From Anthoceros angustus (Eukaryota; Plantae; Anthocerotophyta): a stretch of DNA of 64,000 nt. The stretch spans positions 434,001 through 498,000 of the forward strand of contig VJWM01000117.1 in the NCBI GenBank assembly GCA_010909165.1, given 5' to 3'. Position 1 is the first letter of the stretch; every line of letters begins with the position of its first letter. The notes under the pieces were generated by a model. That model made no database searches. It saw only the letters and a program-made list of their open reading frames with translations, and was not told the origin of the DNA. Both the position numbers and the translations under genes were made by a program. Positions 10,292-22,907 of the stretch are shown in pieces.

Positions 10292-12399
10292 AAGAATATA
10301 TATTTTTATTAGCTACATCTTCTCTTACCTTGCTATACATAGGGTCAAAGGAAAATCGGGCTTATCAATGCATGATTTGAATGAGCACCAGGCAGGGTAG
10401 TGAAAAACAAGTTTTGTAAAAGTGCAACAAATGTACTTAAAGTAGGTGTTCCATGTATAGCGGTGAGCTATACTCCATACTGAAAACAAACCCCTAATAT
10501 GACAAATCGTATCGCATCATCTGCATACTAAAAATAAACCCTAATATGACAAAGATGTTCTATCTACGACATATTTCCGTTAGGAGCTAGCGCAACATAT
10601 TCCCATTAGGAGTTAGCCTAGAGTTTGAGCATAACCAAAATGGAGGCGCACAACAGGCGCAGTTGACATTATTCCACCTCTGGTTTAATTACCACGGAGG
10701 CAATAACGCTACGCCAATGTATCAGCGCAGTGTTGTTCAATGCGTCGGTATACCAATGCACTATACCGGCACATTGAACAAGAGACAGCTTTTGTACGTA
10801 CCCGTGCAAGTGCGGCGATATACTAGCACACTTGTCCTCACTTATGTTGGTATACCAGCTCAATACGTTATTACTGTGGCGGAAAACCAGCGCAGACACA
10901 AGTGGGTGCATACCCGTGCACCTAGCTTGAATGCCTCGGTATGTGCACGCACAAATGCATATATGAGTGCATAGTGAAGACCTCATCTTATGTGCCAGTA
11001 TTTTGGTCAGCAACTCTACATAATTCAATATTTCTGGAAAGAGAGGACATGTCTTTTTTGTTTCCTAGACAACAATAACCATTGGAGATCAAAATGGTAG
11101 CCACATGCGGGCGTACTCATCCCTGCCCCAATATCGGGGTTTTTGTTTCAAGGAGTGACATCCGCACTTGGGTTCATTGGAGCTGCACAGTCAAGCATCC
11201 TTGGAACGGATCAATACTCGGATAGGTTCCACTCATTCCCCAATTCCATGACCCTATGGGGCCACCTATTATAAATCATGCCCTCGTCTCCGCAGTGTGC
11301 GGGGCCACCAGTTGTTCGTGCCCTCCGGGGTCACTCTAGATTAAACTCCTGGTGCGGGACTTTACACTTTCACAAAAATATTGGGGTTTTTTTAGAAATA
11401 AAACCTATGGTACTCTGTGTTGGGTTTTGTTTAGAAATGAATACTATGATACTCGTATTTTTCCTGTTTTAGGTCGTATTCTATGATGTAATTAGGTGAT
11501 TAAAGATGTAAATTCTCCGCAATTTATGACGATTTGATATAAGTAGTTTTTCCGTAGTATCGACCCCTATTTTTATAGGAACCTGCAGCTTGTAACAAAC
11601 TCTATTTTACTATTACTACTTGTGTCTTCGAACCCGAACAGTGCTTTCTAGCTTTTAGTGTTGGGAAAAAGTGCTATTTTTGAACAATAGCCCGAAACAG
11701 CGACCTGATTTTCCTAGAAGCTATTTATAATCCAAATGTAAACATAAAACTTCTGATGTCATTAATTTAGACTTTCGGATTATAAATATCTAAAATTGGG
11801 GAAAAAATTCTATATGTGAGATTAAAAAAAATTGGGGAAATTCTATTCTAAAACACACTCCTATAAATTCAGTGTTTGACCGTATCAATGTCGTTAGCTT
11901 GCAACTATGTGTACTCATTGTCTTGCAACTTAACACTCTAATGAGTTAGCTTCTTACAACTAGGTGTATTGTAACTCAATTTCTGGTGGTTCGACCCTAT
12001 CATCTTACAGATTTCCACTTGTAAGTCATATGTCTTGTTTTTCCTTTTGAAAGACATGCCTCGTAATTACTTTTATAATTGAGATAGGCGTTGGTATGAT
12101 ATTGCTCTGCTTGCTTTTTTAGTTAGTTTTTATTGAGTGTTGTTGTTACATGTACAGACCAAATATTGAATCATTTTATCATGAAGATAACGACTTCCTT
12201 TTTTATATTGATAATTATCTTACTTTTTTTCTATTAATCTTATTTCATACCTGTAGCTCAAAATGTCTCTAAGACTTTATATCTTCGAGGTTCAAACAAA
12301 GCTCCTTCTTTCGGCCTCATGTGTTCCAACTCCAAGTAATGATGTTGACAACCATCATGTGACTCTTGCAAATGTCACTCCTCCATCTCCATAGCCAGC

Positions 12400-12720
12400 T
12401 ATAAATTCCCACATAAATCACTTCCCCTATGAGGAATTCCATCTCCCTTGTTGACTCCATCTATAGATACAAACTCCTACGTTTTAAATAATGGCTTCGA
12501 TTACTCTTATGAAGAAGCTCCAGCTACATCTCTGTCTCTATCTTCAAATACAAACTCTCACTTTTTAGATGGTGGCATCGACTACCCTTATGAAAGATCT
12601 CCATCTCCAACTACAAACTTCCACATTCAAGATGATGATACTGACTACCCTTATGTAACATGACTTCTATTTTCATCTTTAGCTACAAACTTGCTCATTC
12701 AAGCAAATGATACCTACATT
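12400..12720 (+). repeat. Imperfect ~60-85 bp tandem repeats, probably transposon-internal
   Basis: Recurrent TACAAACT...GA(T/C)TAC(C/T)CTTATG units translating as TNS/FH...DYPYE. Confidence 0.5.
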
Positions 12721-13659
12721 CAACATGATTTTTAAGGTGGCTTTTATGATGATTCTTTTCAAAAAGACTCTATCGATCAAGACGATTATATTGAAACTGT
12801 TTACTTCTATTGAAAAGTGTGAATGTAGTAGTAGGAGCTGTGGTTAATCTTATATTCATAGGTTACAAATGACAGAGGAGTACTAGGTAGTTTCAAGATG
12901 GACAATTGCGGGGCTAGTCCCCCTTGGTCTGGGCCCTCCAGAGAGTTGTTCCCTTTTATCTTGGGTACATGGGATTTCCCATCTCTTTTTATATAAAGTC
13001 TTTAGACTCATCATAGGTTAGAAATGACAGTGGGAATTTTATTAAATTGCAATACTCTAACAGTCTTGTGCATTTTATAAAAACAATCTATAGCTACAAA
13101 TTTTTTTGAGCTTTATATTTCGACTAGTAATCCAGGAATAATTTTTTCACCTAAATTCTCCAAAATTAACTCGTTGAATTATTATCTTAGTTTGGTCAAT
13201 TGTTAAACCTCACCAGGCACACCTAGTCATTTCCCAACTCCTCTTCCCAATCAAGCCTAATATCATGTCCGGATACATACATGCTAAGAGCATTCCGCGT
13301 TGGATGTGCGTGAGTCTTCAATGCGTCTAGTTTGTGGAGGAGTGAAGTGTGAATTGCTCGTTAGAGTGCGTCTGTGTGTGGAGGAGTAAAGTATGATTTT
13401 CTCGTTAGAACTGGCTGCATCATCTCCACAGCATTTTGCACAATACCCTGAGCCTGGTCATCTCTGCACCTTGCAAGCACATCTCATCAGCCATCAAGGC
13501 ATCCCGCTCACCCGGGCAACATCAAGGCATCCGCTCACCCGGGAATGGTGGCCTCCCTCACAGAAAGCCTGCAACCATGTGAAGGGCGCGTCCTGGCAAC
13601 TCCATCTCTTTACCTGGCAGACATGTGATGCCAAGGTCTGGAGATCCCGTCGCGCGGAA

Positions 13660-13830
13660 ATCCCAAGGAGTTCAGGTCATCCCCACCTAACAGGACAACC
13701 GCACAGGGGATTTAGCTAAATATTGCCTCCTGGCTCCCAAGAGTACGAAGAAAAGCTCAGATTGTTCGACATCAGCGGAAAACCACTATTGACAGGGGCC
13801 ATTCCCGACCTCAGGTCATGGACAACGTTT
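13660..13830 (+). pseudogene. LRR fragment
   Basis: EKLRLFDISGKPLLTGAIPDL resembles the plant LRR consensus LxxLDLSxNxLxGxIPxL; preceded by SGHPHLTGQP. Confidence 0.45.
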
Positions 13831-14674
13831 CAGGTAGGCGAAGTGCGCTTTTCAACCTGTGAATCTAATTACACGCTAGACTCATACCGATGTCTGTGCC
13901 GTATCGTAGAAAGACTATGAAGATCTTGCATTTTCTATCATGAACATTGTTCAATAGATCGTGAAGAAAACCCAGGTATGCTTTGGAGTGTTACACTGTC
14001 TGTAGGTGTTTCGGACAATGTAATGTCACGTGTCTGCATGAGTTGGAACTTGGTCTAGCAATTGATGTTTGACTCATGGTTGGGTTTTTCACCTAACTGC
14101 TTTGTGTTTTTGGGCTGTGCACTTGTCCAAGAGTGGCATGGATGTTGATCAACGGATCACTCAAGATGTGGAAAGGCTCTGTGGTAATCTTTCTAGACTT
14201 GTAACAGGAATCTAGGAATCAGGACTTGTAAGAACTAGCCATCCTTGCTACTGGTGGTGACATACTATTCTGCTGATTGATTGCTTGTGAGACAGTCTGC
14301 AAGGACTTGTTCATGTTGTACAATACTGCAGACTAGGTAGTGAGATGCTGAAAATTTTTACTGGATGAAATTTTCTGCCTTCAAGTCCAAGTCTTGTGTT
14401 GTCTAGCTTAACTTTTGCGTTAGTTTCTCTCTGATGATTTGAGGTAACGTGGCAACAACCATGTATCCGCAAAGTCCTAGTATATAGAGTCTTTGCAGAG
14501 GAAACTGCTGTAACTACTCTGAAGGGAGTCCTTGTCCAACAGGAATTCCTTCTCAGATAACTAGGTCAGGGAAGTGAATAACGTAGGTAGATACACGAAC
14601 ACCCTTATGATCCTAGTTTTCTGTATGACAATGAACATGAACTCTAAATGGATGTCCTCCTGGAAGAAGAAGCG

Positions 14675-14795
14675 CAGGCCCTTATTGTTATCAGAACACA
14701 AAAACGTATTTTCAAGCGGCCCCTAATTATTCTCAGAATGCAATGACATATTTACAAACGGGCCCTAATTGTTATCAGAACACAATGACATGCAG
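14675..14795. repeat. Three imperfect ~43-bp tandem repeats downstream of ATG101
   Basis: GCCCT(T/A)ATT(G/A)TT(A/C)TCAGAA(C/T) recurs three times. Confidence 0.6.
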
Positions 14796-14839
14796 GCCAC
14801 AGCCTCTGCAGATGGCTACACAGGAGTTGATAGTCACGA

Positions 14840-16063
14840 TCAGCTGAGCATAGTAGGTGGACCTGTTTGCAGCATTCTCTTGAACATGTCCATTCCAAAC
14901 GAGGAGTCCGAGGAACTGCAACGATGAACTAGTGTTAAGCAACATGTGACTGAAACAATGTTAAGCTGAACGCGAAAAGAAAGAGAGGCATGACCTGGGA
15001 ATCGTTATTTCGTAGGGGAAGGGAACCACTTCAGTGTTTAAGATGGGAGGTATGTGATCCTTCTTCTGATCAACTTTCTGTAAAATCTCCATCGTAACAT
15101 CTCGTAGAGCGTTTTCCAGAACCGCTTGCCGCTTGGATCTCTCTTCAACGACAGATTCTGAGTGGTATCATTAACATGACAAACCGTTACTTACTCTGGA
15201 AGCATGAAATTCATCGCATAGCTGAGAAAGGGAGACTCGCCACCATCACCAAGGGAATAGATACCTGAGTATGGTTTTTTGTGCGATTGCGAGGACAGCA
15301 CAACATTAAGCTGCACACACCACTGCTCCCAGTCCAAACGCTCAACCTTGTTGCCAAACCAAGCTATCTTGTTGTTCTTGGTCTCATAGAAGGAGAGACA
15401 AACCTGCAGAAAGCTCCAACTCTTGAAGGCCTACTACTGCAGGCAACTGAGTGCCCAAAACTGTTCTGAGAGCTTTCCTGATCACAATTCTCCATGTCGA
15501 GATAGTGTTACCTGGCTTTTCTTGTTTGGGTGTTTCTCAGCCCATGTAAGAAACTGGTCAATCTTCTCCTCAATCCTTTTTTCAACATCAGGATCCCCGC
15601 ACTGCACCTGAACCATGGAAGCAGATCAAAGTATCAATATCATGCAGACCTACTCCTGAAGCTAAAAAAAACAACTGGATGGAAAGCTGCAGACCAACAA
15701 CTGACATAGGTTATCTCAAAAAGCTCGGAGTCGATGTCTCGAGGACGAACTTGTCCAAAGGCGCGGTTGAACATTATGGTATGCAAGATGCCTGACATGC
15801 CACATTACCCCGATGAAAAGGTGAACCCTTTACAGCTCTATTGATACACAACGTGCAAAAAACAAAGCAGAATCATTCACCAAAGAATCCGACAACGCAC
15901 ATCTTAGCGCTTCCCGAATTTGATACTGCTCCACCTCCTGCACGACAGCAAGCATCTCATTTTGACTATTCCAGCCACAAACCATTGATCCCGAACGGAA
16001 AACCAAATTCTATCACAACTTGCGACCTACCAGCTCTTTCAGATAAAACACCTCGCAATTCAT
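14840..16063 (-). CDS. ATG101: Autophagy-related protein 101, 7 coding exons
   Basis: Spliced translation MNCEVFYLKEL|EVEQYQIREALRC|ILHTIMFNRAFGQVRPRDIDSELFEITY|VQCGDPDVEKRIEEKIDQF...HPNKKSQ|VCLSFYE...WEQW...|KKDHIPP...FPYEITIPS|SSDSSFGMDMFKRML. Canonical splice sites. Confidence 0.95.
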
Positions 16064-16222
16064 GGTGCAAGGGATCAATAACTGGCCGCAAATTCCTGTC
16101 GCATGCAAGGAGAGGACCTTGAAGATACCTGCAAACACGCAGTCGCCCCGACCGTAAAAAAGTTTTCACGAATTCAGATGACGAGATCACAAGCTCCTCT
16201 GATGCTTTGCAGGTCGCCATAC

Positions 16223-16396
16223 CTCCTCTACGAACTAAAGCTCAACTGCCTTCCTTGGGAAATTCAAACAGGAAAGCGATCCTGGCGCGCAGATCGCCTT
16301 GGCTGGCTGCCGACAACTGGCGACACGATGAAATAGATGCGTGGAGCTTTAAATTTGCTAGGGCTCGTCTGCTGGCGCGCAGACCAGCGACGTCAG
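16223..16396. promoter_or_regulatory. Compact bidirectional promoter / first-exon region between ATG101 (-) and the TIO-like locus (+)
   Basis: Predicted 5'UTR intron of ATG101 at 16222-16129 on minus, and a predicted intron 16397-16507 (CAG|GTAAGG...TTGCAG) on plus just before ATG 16510. Confidence 0.5.
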
Positions 16397-16509
16397 GTAA
16401 GGGCGTGGACACATATTAGTCCAAAGGCTACACTCGTTTTCATGACTTAACGAGACCTTTCAGTATTTTATGCACTCATGTTTACCTATGTTTTGTCTTC
16501 CTTGCAGAG

Positions 16510-18300
16510 ATGTCAATGTTAGACAAGATTGAGAACACGTCCCGCTCAGTTAAAGGTGCACTTGTTGTTGCTCAAGACCGTGGTGCTTTTGGACATACAC
16601 TACAACCCTTCCGCTCTTTACCAGTGAAAGGCATAGCAGCTCTGGCAAGGCATGCCTCTGGTGACTTGTACTCGTCTCAGTTCTCATTGTGTTCTGCAGT
16701 AGTTGTTGCAGTTGCAGTATTTCAGCATATCATAACCTCCCATGGCTTGTGGTAACTCATTCCTGAGGTCACTGGTTAATGCTAGGATATGTACTTCTGG
16801 GCTGAGCTTTGAGGTCATATTTACCTTGTAATATTTGCAGTTAAGCTTACCGCTTCTTACCCAAAGTTCAACACATTCTCCTCTGCAGTGAACAGGCAAT
16901 TGCAACTGTGCACCAGGCACTGCGGGTCCTGTCAAATCTACTGGCAAGTAGTGCAATGCAGCAGAGGATTGCAATTGAAGATTCTGTCCTAGCTATTCTT
17001 GCCCTCATACACGTTATACTGGGAACTAATAGTTCCCAGCATGTTAGCCTTCTCACAAAGGTGGGTTATCAGCTGCTGCAGTTCTTTGGTCAACCAGAGT
17101 ATGTGACCTGTCTTAAGAATGGCTGTTTCTGTGTTCGCGCCTCACAGATGCTTCTCCTCTTTTCCATGCTTTGGGCAGGGTTTTGGGGTCTTGCGTAAGC
17201 TGATGGATTTGTATGGCAGTAAACCGGACAGCACTTACATGAGCAGCAGTGTGACCCTTCTACGCCTACCGTCAGGTTGTTGTTTAGCCATTATCTTTTT
17301 TGTATGACATCCTTCCCTGGCTACACATGCACTAAACTAAAGTTTAATTTGTGACAGGCAGCTTCATATGCAGATGATCCATCCGGTCGTGTGCTTTACG
17401 AGTCTACGGCATGTGTTGGGGCACTGCTCACAAGGGTTAGGCAGCATCAGCAGAGGGCCAGATCATGACCCAGATATTAGTCCATGCAAGGTCTCTGAAT
17501 ACAGCTGAATATCTCTGCTCCTGCCTTAAGACAACGGGTGCTAACCTTATTTCAAGTTCCAATATATCGGCAGCTGTTGCAGGTGAAGCCTGTAGAGGTT
17601 TATGGAGCCTACTGGATGGTCTTAATGTTGCAACTGGAAAAGTTGATCTAAGAAATGGGTTTCCCCTTGCTGTTGTCAGAGGCTATGCTGAGCCTTGGGT
17701 AGATGTCAATGAGAAGTCTGATGAAGGTAGTTCAACGGTCATGGAGATGGTGACAGACAATCTTGCAAAATCAAGAGGTGTACAAGTTGCAATTTGCTAT
17801 GCCCTTCTGCACGGCTCTGACCCAGCACTGTCATCTACTTTGCAGGTTTTCCTTAAACCTATGAGTCCTCTTACCCATGAGTTCCTTAAACCTATTACTC
17901 TCTGACAACTCTTTCACGAACAACTTGTTCAGATGTTGTAACATATCCTTGGTTGGTCCAAAAATTTGGACATCTGCCAGATGCTGATGTTGTGCGTTAT
18001 GGCTGCAGATCGTGGTCCGTTGCTGTGTCTTGTCTCCTACAGTATGCTCTGTCCTTGCGGGTATCTCATCTCAAGAGCCCATCTCTCTTCTGCCCCTAAA
18101 CGGTGGTGGTGATGGGACGGCTGTGGGTGCCATGTTTAGAATTCTGTCAGTGCAGAGTTCGGTAGCTGGCACCATGGACCCGCCTATGACTGAAAACAAG
18201 GATCCAGATCCTGCATCAGCTGTACATAGTGAATAAGTCCTTCTTTTGGTGTTTTGCACAGCTCCTTTCTTCGTTGTTGTGCACACTGTGCACTGTACAG
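16510..18300 (+). pseudogene. TIO: TWO-IN-ONE/FUSED kinase-like fragment lacking the kinase domain and the C-terminal ARM repeats
   Basis: LDKIENTSRSVKGA, LRVLSNLLA, GRVLYESTACV, QILVHA...LCSCL...AGEACRGLW, VQVAICYAL, GGGDGTAV match the post-kinase region of TIO as recalled. Frameshifts near 17270 and 17460; stop at 18236. Confidence 0.8.
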
Positions 18301-18329
18301 CCGTGGTCTTAAGGCTTGGTATTGTATCT

Positions 18330-18802
18330 TCCTCCAGCTCATCGACTTCCAAGACAACCAGTTGTCGGGAAGCATTCCCCAACTTGAGCAGCTCACGGAT
18401 GTTCGCGTTTTGAGCCTCGGTAGGAACAAGCTGACTGGGAACGTTCCCGAGTGGCTGGGAAACTTGTCCCAGCTACAGGCACTGCTGCTCTCGGAGAACT
18501 ATTTCAGCGAAACAATTCCATCACAAATGTTCCGTGGCCTTAATAAGGTCTGGTTTCAGGTTTGGAAGGGATCGGACCTGTTGCAGACCATCTACGAAGA
18601 AGTTCCCATTTATGCTGCTCAAAGTCAGGCGTTCAAGTATATACTCCAGGCAAACACAGTATTGGATGTGTTATCTAACCAGATCGTGGGCAACATCCCA
18701 CCAGGTGTTGGTGCTCTTGTTGGTTTGAGAATCCTTAACCTTTCTCACAGTCGGCTTGAAGGGTGCCTTTTAAGGACTTTTGGCGAGATGCACAGTGTAT
18801 AG
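18330..18802 (+). pseudogene. LRR receptor-like protein fragment (LRRs plus island domain) abutting the TIO remnant
   Basis: LIDFQDNQLSGSIP, LSLGRNKLTGNVPEWLGNLSQLQALLLSENYFSETIP, LDVLSNQIVGNIPPGVGALVGLRILNLSHSRLEG. Confidence 0.75.
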
Positions 18803-19068
18803 TCTAAAGAACCTGATACTGTCCTCTGTGATATTGTGGTGGGTACGTGGACTCAGATTGATTCTTCCTCAGCTGTATTGAACAGTTCGTCCGCTGTATG
18901 GAACAGCTCCTTTCTTCGCTGAACATTGTGCACAGCTCCTATTCTTTAATGTTGTGAACGGATCCCTTCTCCGATTATTTGCACATATCCCTCCTCCAGG
19001 GTTTTGCAGAGGTTGGTTTTCGGATGTTTTTAACAGATTCTTTCTGTCTGGCAAGCAAGTGTTTTATT

Positions 19069-21609
19069 TCATCTGAAGGCCGATACTTCAATCTCGCTCT
19101 GTACGTAGGCAGCCTGGGATGCCCGTGGATATGTAAGCAACCTCGCTTCCCGAATGTAGCCAGCCTCCTCCAGTACTGATGTCAGACCTGCAAGCATTCC
19201 ACACAGCAAGGGATATTGATGATGCCTGCGGTCTTCCACCTTGAATGTGTGCACCGTCTTCTCATGCTCTATCCAGGACATGCCAGCCTTCCTTTTCCAT
19301 GCAAGGGCCTGCACCCTTAAGTCATCCACCTTCTTTGCACATTCACACATGCCGGCATCAGCCAAGATGTTTGACATGATCACATAGGCCGCAGCGTGTC
19401 CGGGTTCCAAATCCACAGCACCCAGAAATGCTCGCAGTCCTAGAGTCACATCACCGTGTTTTCTACAGGAAGCCAGTAAAGAGGACCAAACCGGCAAATC
19501 GGGCTGCATAGGCATTTGGGCAAGCACTTCCTCTGCTTGGCACAGCCGTCCTGCACGTCCCAGCAGATCAATCACACAAGCATAGTGCTCGAGGCCAGCG
19601 CAAATGCCATGAACCCTACTCATGCTTTCAAAGTACTCCAGCCCCTTGTCTACCATGCCAGCATGATTGCATGCTGAAAGAAGTGCGAGAAATGTAACCC
19701 CATTGGCTTTCACGCCAGCTCTACACATCTTCTCGAAGAGTTCCACACACACCTCCCAATTTCCTGCCCCAGCATACCCAGAAATCATTGCACTCCATGA
19801 TACCACATCTGGGTGAGGCACTGAATTGAACACATGCTGCGCTTCCACCATGCTTCCACATTTGCTGTATGCATGAATCAGACAGTTTGCCACACGGAGA
19901 TTGTACTGCAACCCACTTTCCACGATACTCTGGTGGATGTGCCCAGACATGCCTAAGGCTCCTGAGTTACTGCATGCTTCCAGGACAGAGACAAATGTAC
20001 CCTCATCCGGCTTCACACCCTCTGCTTGCATCTGGCCATACAGTTGCAAAGCCTTTCCCCCATCCTCCTCCTGAGCATAAGCTGAAATAATGGCATTCCA
20101 TGTCACCAAATTGAGATCTGACAAGCTCGCAAATGCAGCTTCCGCATCCCCGATGCTCCCACACTTTGCATACATACTGACCAGAGTGCTACCAACAAAC
20201 ACATCTGACCCGAACCCCTGCCCACTGGCTGCAACATGGATCTCCTTACCCATTTGCAAGCACCCTATCTTCACCTTCCGCCCATCCACAAGTGTGATCG
20301 CCTCCTGTTCTGCTAGGCTGCCACATGCTTGGAGAGCGCTGACAAATGTCCTTGCACCTGCTCTCACCCCTTCATTCTGCATTTGCCTATATATCCTTAG
20401 TGCGTCATCTGCTTGGTCCAGGTGAGCATAGGCTGCGATCATGGCCGACCATGACACCACATTGCGCTGAGACAATCTGTGAAACACGTTTTCTGCATCC
20501 TTGATGCTCCCACATTTTGCATACATGCTGACCAAGCTGTTGCCAATGAAAATATTTGATTCGAACCCGTGTGCAGCAGCCAGTGCATGTATTACCTTCC
20601 CAACATGCAGTAACTTCACGTTGGCCATGTCGCCATCCACAAGAACACTGTCCTCCTCAGCTGTGAGACTGCCACATGCTTGAATAGCATTGACAAACGT
20701 CCTCGCTTGTGGGGTGAACCCTTGTTCAATCATTCGCCAAAATATGTCGAGGGCCTCCTCTCCTCGGTCCTGTTGAGCATATGCGGCGAGCATGGAATTC
20801 CAGGCCACAACATCGGGGTGGGGCAATCCATCAAAGACCAGCTGTGCATCCATGATGCTTCCGCACTTTGCATACATACTAACCAAGCTGCTGGCCACGA
20901 ACACATCACATTCAGCCCCATGTCTGCACACATGTGCATGGATCCGCTTCCCCTCCTCCAGGTCCTGTAACTTGCTGCAGGCTTTCAGTAAAACGACGAA
21001 TGTATAACTGTTGGGCTGCACACCCTCCCCTTGCATTTGCTCATAGCACATGAGAGCACTCCGACATCGTCCAGCATCGATGTAGCCTGAAATGATGGCG
21101 GTCCAAGAGAAAACGGTGCGGTGTGACAACTTTTGAAACAATTGAAGCCCATCTGCAAGGCCCCCACAATGCACCAATGTTGTGACTAGCAAGTCGCTGA
21201 GGAAAATGTTGGATTCCCACCCATGCTTTGCCAAGTGAGCTTGTACCTGCTTGGCCTGAGCAAGGTCCTTGTTTCTGGTGCACACCTGCAAAAGGTTCCT
21301 GTACAAGAGCACACTTCCTGGCTGCTGGGCAGCAAGTGCCGTGTCCAGCCCTTCCTCCTGGCAGAGGGTGTTCAAGCCATAGACATATGCAGAATCACTC
21401 CTGCAAGTGGAACAGGTCACCCAGTGAGCAGAAGAAGAAAGTCAGCATTAGCACATTGTTCATCACTAGGAAACCTAGATTGATCGCTTCGGAATATCAA
21501 ATTACCCGTCTCTGTAACGGGCAGCACGAGTGCATGGGCATCTAGTGCTCCTTTCTGTACTCGACCAAGCTGATCTTGTGCAACAAGCCCTCAAGTGAAG
21601 ATGGTGCAT
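19069..21609 (-). CDS. PLS-class PPR protein, E+ type, with extended L motifs; one 5' intron (21505-21401)
   Basis: Exon 1 MHHLHLRACCTRSAWSS... splices in frame (GG|gtaatt...tgcag|G) to the long ORF. Ends KRKAGMSWIEH...AGY with no HxE deaminase motif. Confidence 0.88.
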
Positions 21610-21735
21610 CTCCTCTCGCTCTTCTTCGAACCCGTCGAAGGACTCTGGAAAATCCTTCAGCTGTGCACAACGTGGACCCTCCTTACACCAAACTGCTTTC
21701 CATACAGCAAAGGATATTAGGTAGTCATTACGTAC

Positions 21736-21832
21736 TCATATAAGTAGTAGTGTGACATTGTGGGTGCAGTAGGTGACTTTAGTTATCATATAATTAGTAG
21801 TATGATATTGTGGGTGCAGTAGGTGACTTTAG
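21736..21832. repeat. 50-bp tandem duplication
   Basis: TCATATAA(G/T)TAGTAG...ATTGTGGGTGCAGTAGGTGACTTTAG at 21736 and 21786. Confidence 0.85.
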
Positions 21833-22022
21833 GTAGGGAGCTCAGTTGCTCCTCTCCACCTCGACCCCTTGGTCCCCTTTGGTTGTTCCCTCCTAGATGG
21901 GCTCTTCTCATTATTTTTTCACCTCATAATTTTTTTTCTACAATTAGTACTTCAGATAGTTAGTACTTATGCACCTACCTAGTACTTGCAAAATCAATGA
22001 TTAATTTAATTATATTATATAG

Positions 22023-22369
22023 TACCGTACCTCGAAGGGTGGTTCAACAGGATAATGCCGAAATAATTATTTTTTGAAAAAAACAAGGTTCAACATAAAT
22101 ATTTATATTTTTCAAAATTTCAACATTTACAAAAATAATTTTATCAAATTTCAACATTTATTAAATATATAGGTATGTATAAAACTAATGGATATGTATA
22201 GATCTCCCTAAATAGGCCCTAATTTTCCACACAAACCCTAGTTTCCTTATTTTTCATCATAAACTCATAAATTTTTACCTATTCAACATTTTAAGTATAA
22301 TAATTTCTGGATTTTCAACTTTTACTAATTTTAATTAATTAACGCCGAATCACCCCTTGGGGTACGGTA
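22023..22369. mobile_element. MITE with TA target-site duplication (Tc1/mariner-type)
   Basis: TA|CCGTACCTCGAAGGGTGGTTC at the left end and GAATCACCCCTTGGGGTACGG|TA at the right end form imperfect ~21-bp terminal inverted repeats around an AT-rich non-coding interior. Confidence 0.7.
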
Positions 22370-22907
22370 TATATATTAATAATAATTAAATTATGATATT
22401 CTTATTATCTAATGAGAGGGTCCTCTAGAGGGTTGTTCCTCATCATCGTGGTATAGATGGAACTTCCCATCTCTGCATATTTGTAAAGTCCCTATGTTTA
22501 TTACTTATTAGAAAGTCCCTACGTTACTTATTAGTATATATAATATTACTTACTTATTAGATAATCATTCATGTTAAATATAACTAAGTGGAAAATTAAA
22601 AACATGTTTATGGCATGTTAACAATATGTCCCAAAGTTTAGTCAAGTTTTCCAAAACTTTTTGGAAGGAATGTGTGCAAAATAGAGAAGTCATTAAAGCT
22701 GCTTCTTAAGCATGACCTAGGACCTGCTTGATACTATAGGAGCCAATGGTGGTGGTGAAAGAAAAATTGAACTTCAAACTCTCAACCAAATGCATATGTT
22801 CAAAACGACAGCTCTTGACTCATCTAAGCCTGAACTGATGTGTGTATTTTGTAACAAGCTGAACCCTTGAGGGAATAACAAAAATTTTAATCCGTTCGTC
22901 ACGAGTC

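Noticed and set aside
15160-15262. In-frame read-through GIYSLGDGGESPF... with a 37-nt intron in ATG101
   Set aside because: The 37-nt intron is too short; a ~105-nt intron from GTATCT restores the conserved protein length.
16190-16270. YLLYELKLNCLPW as a remnant of the TIO kinase subdomain IX
   Set aside because: Similarity is too weak, and the stretch overlaps the predicted ATG101 5'UTR exon and intron on the other strand.
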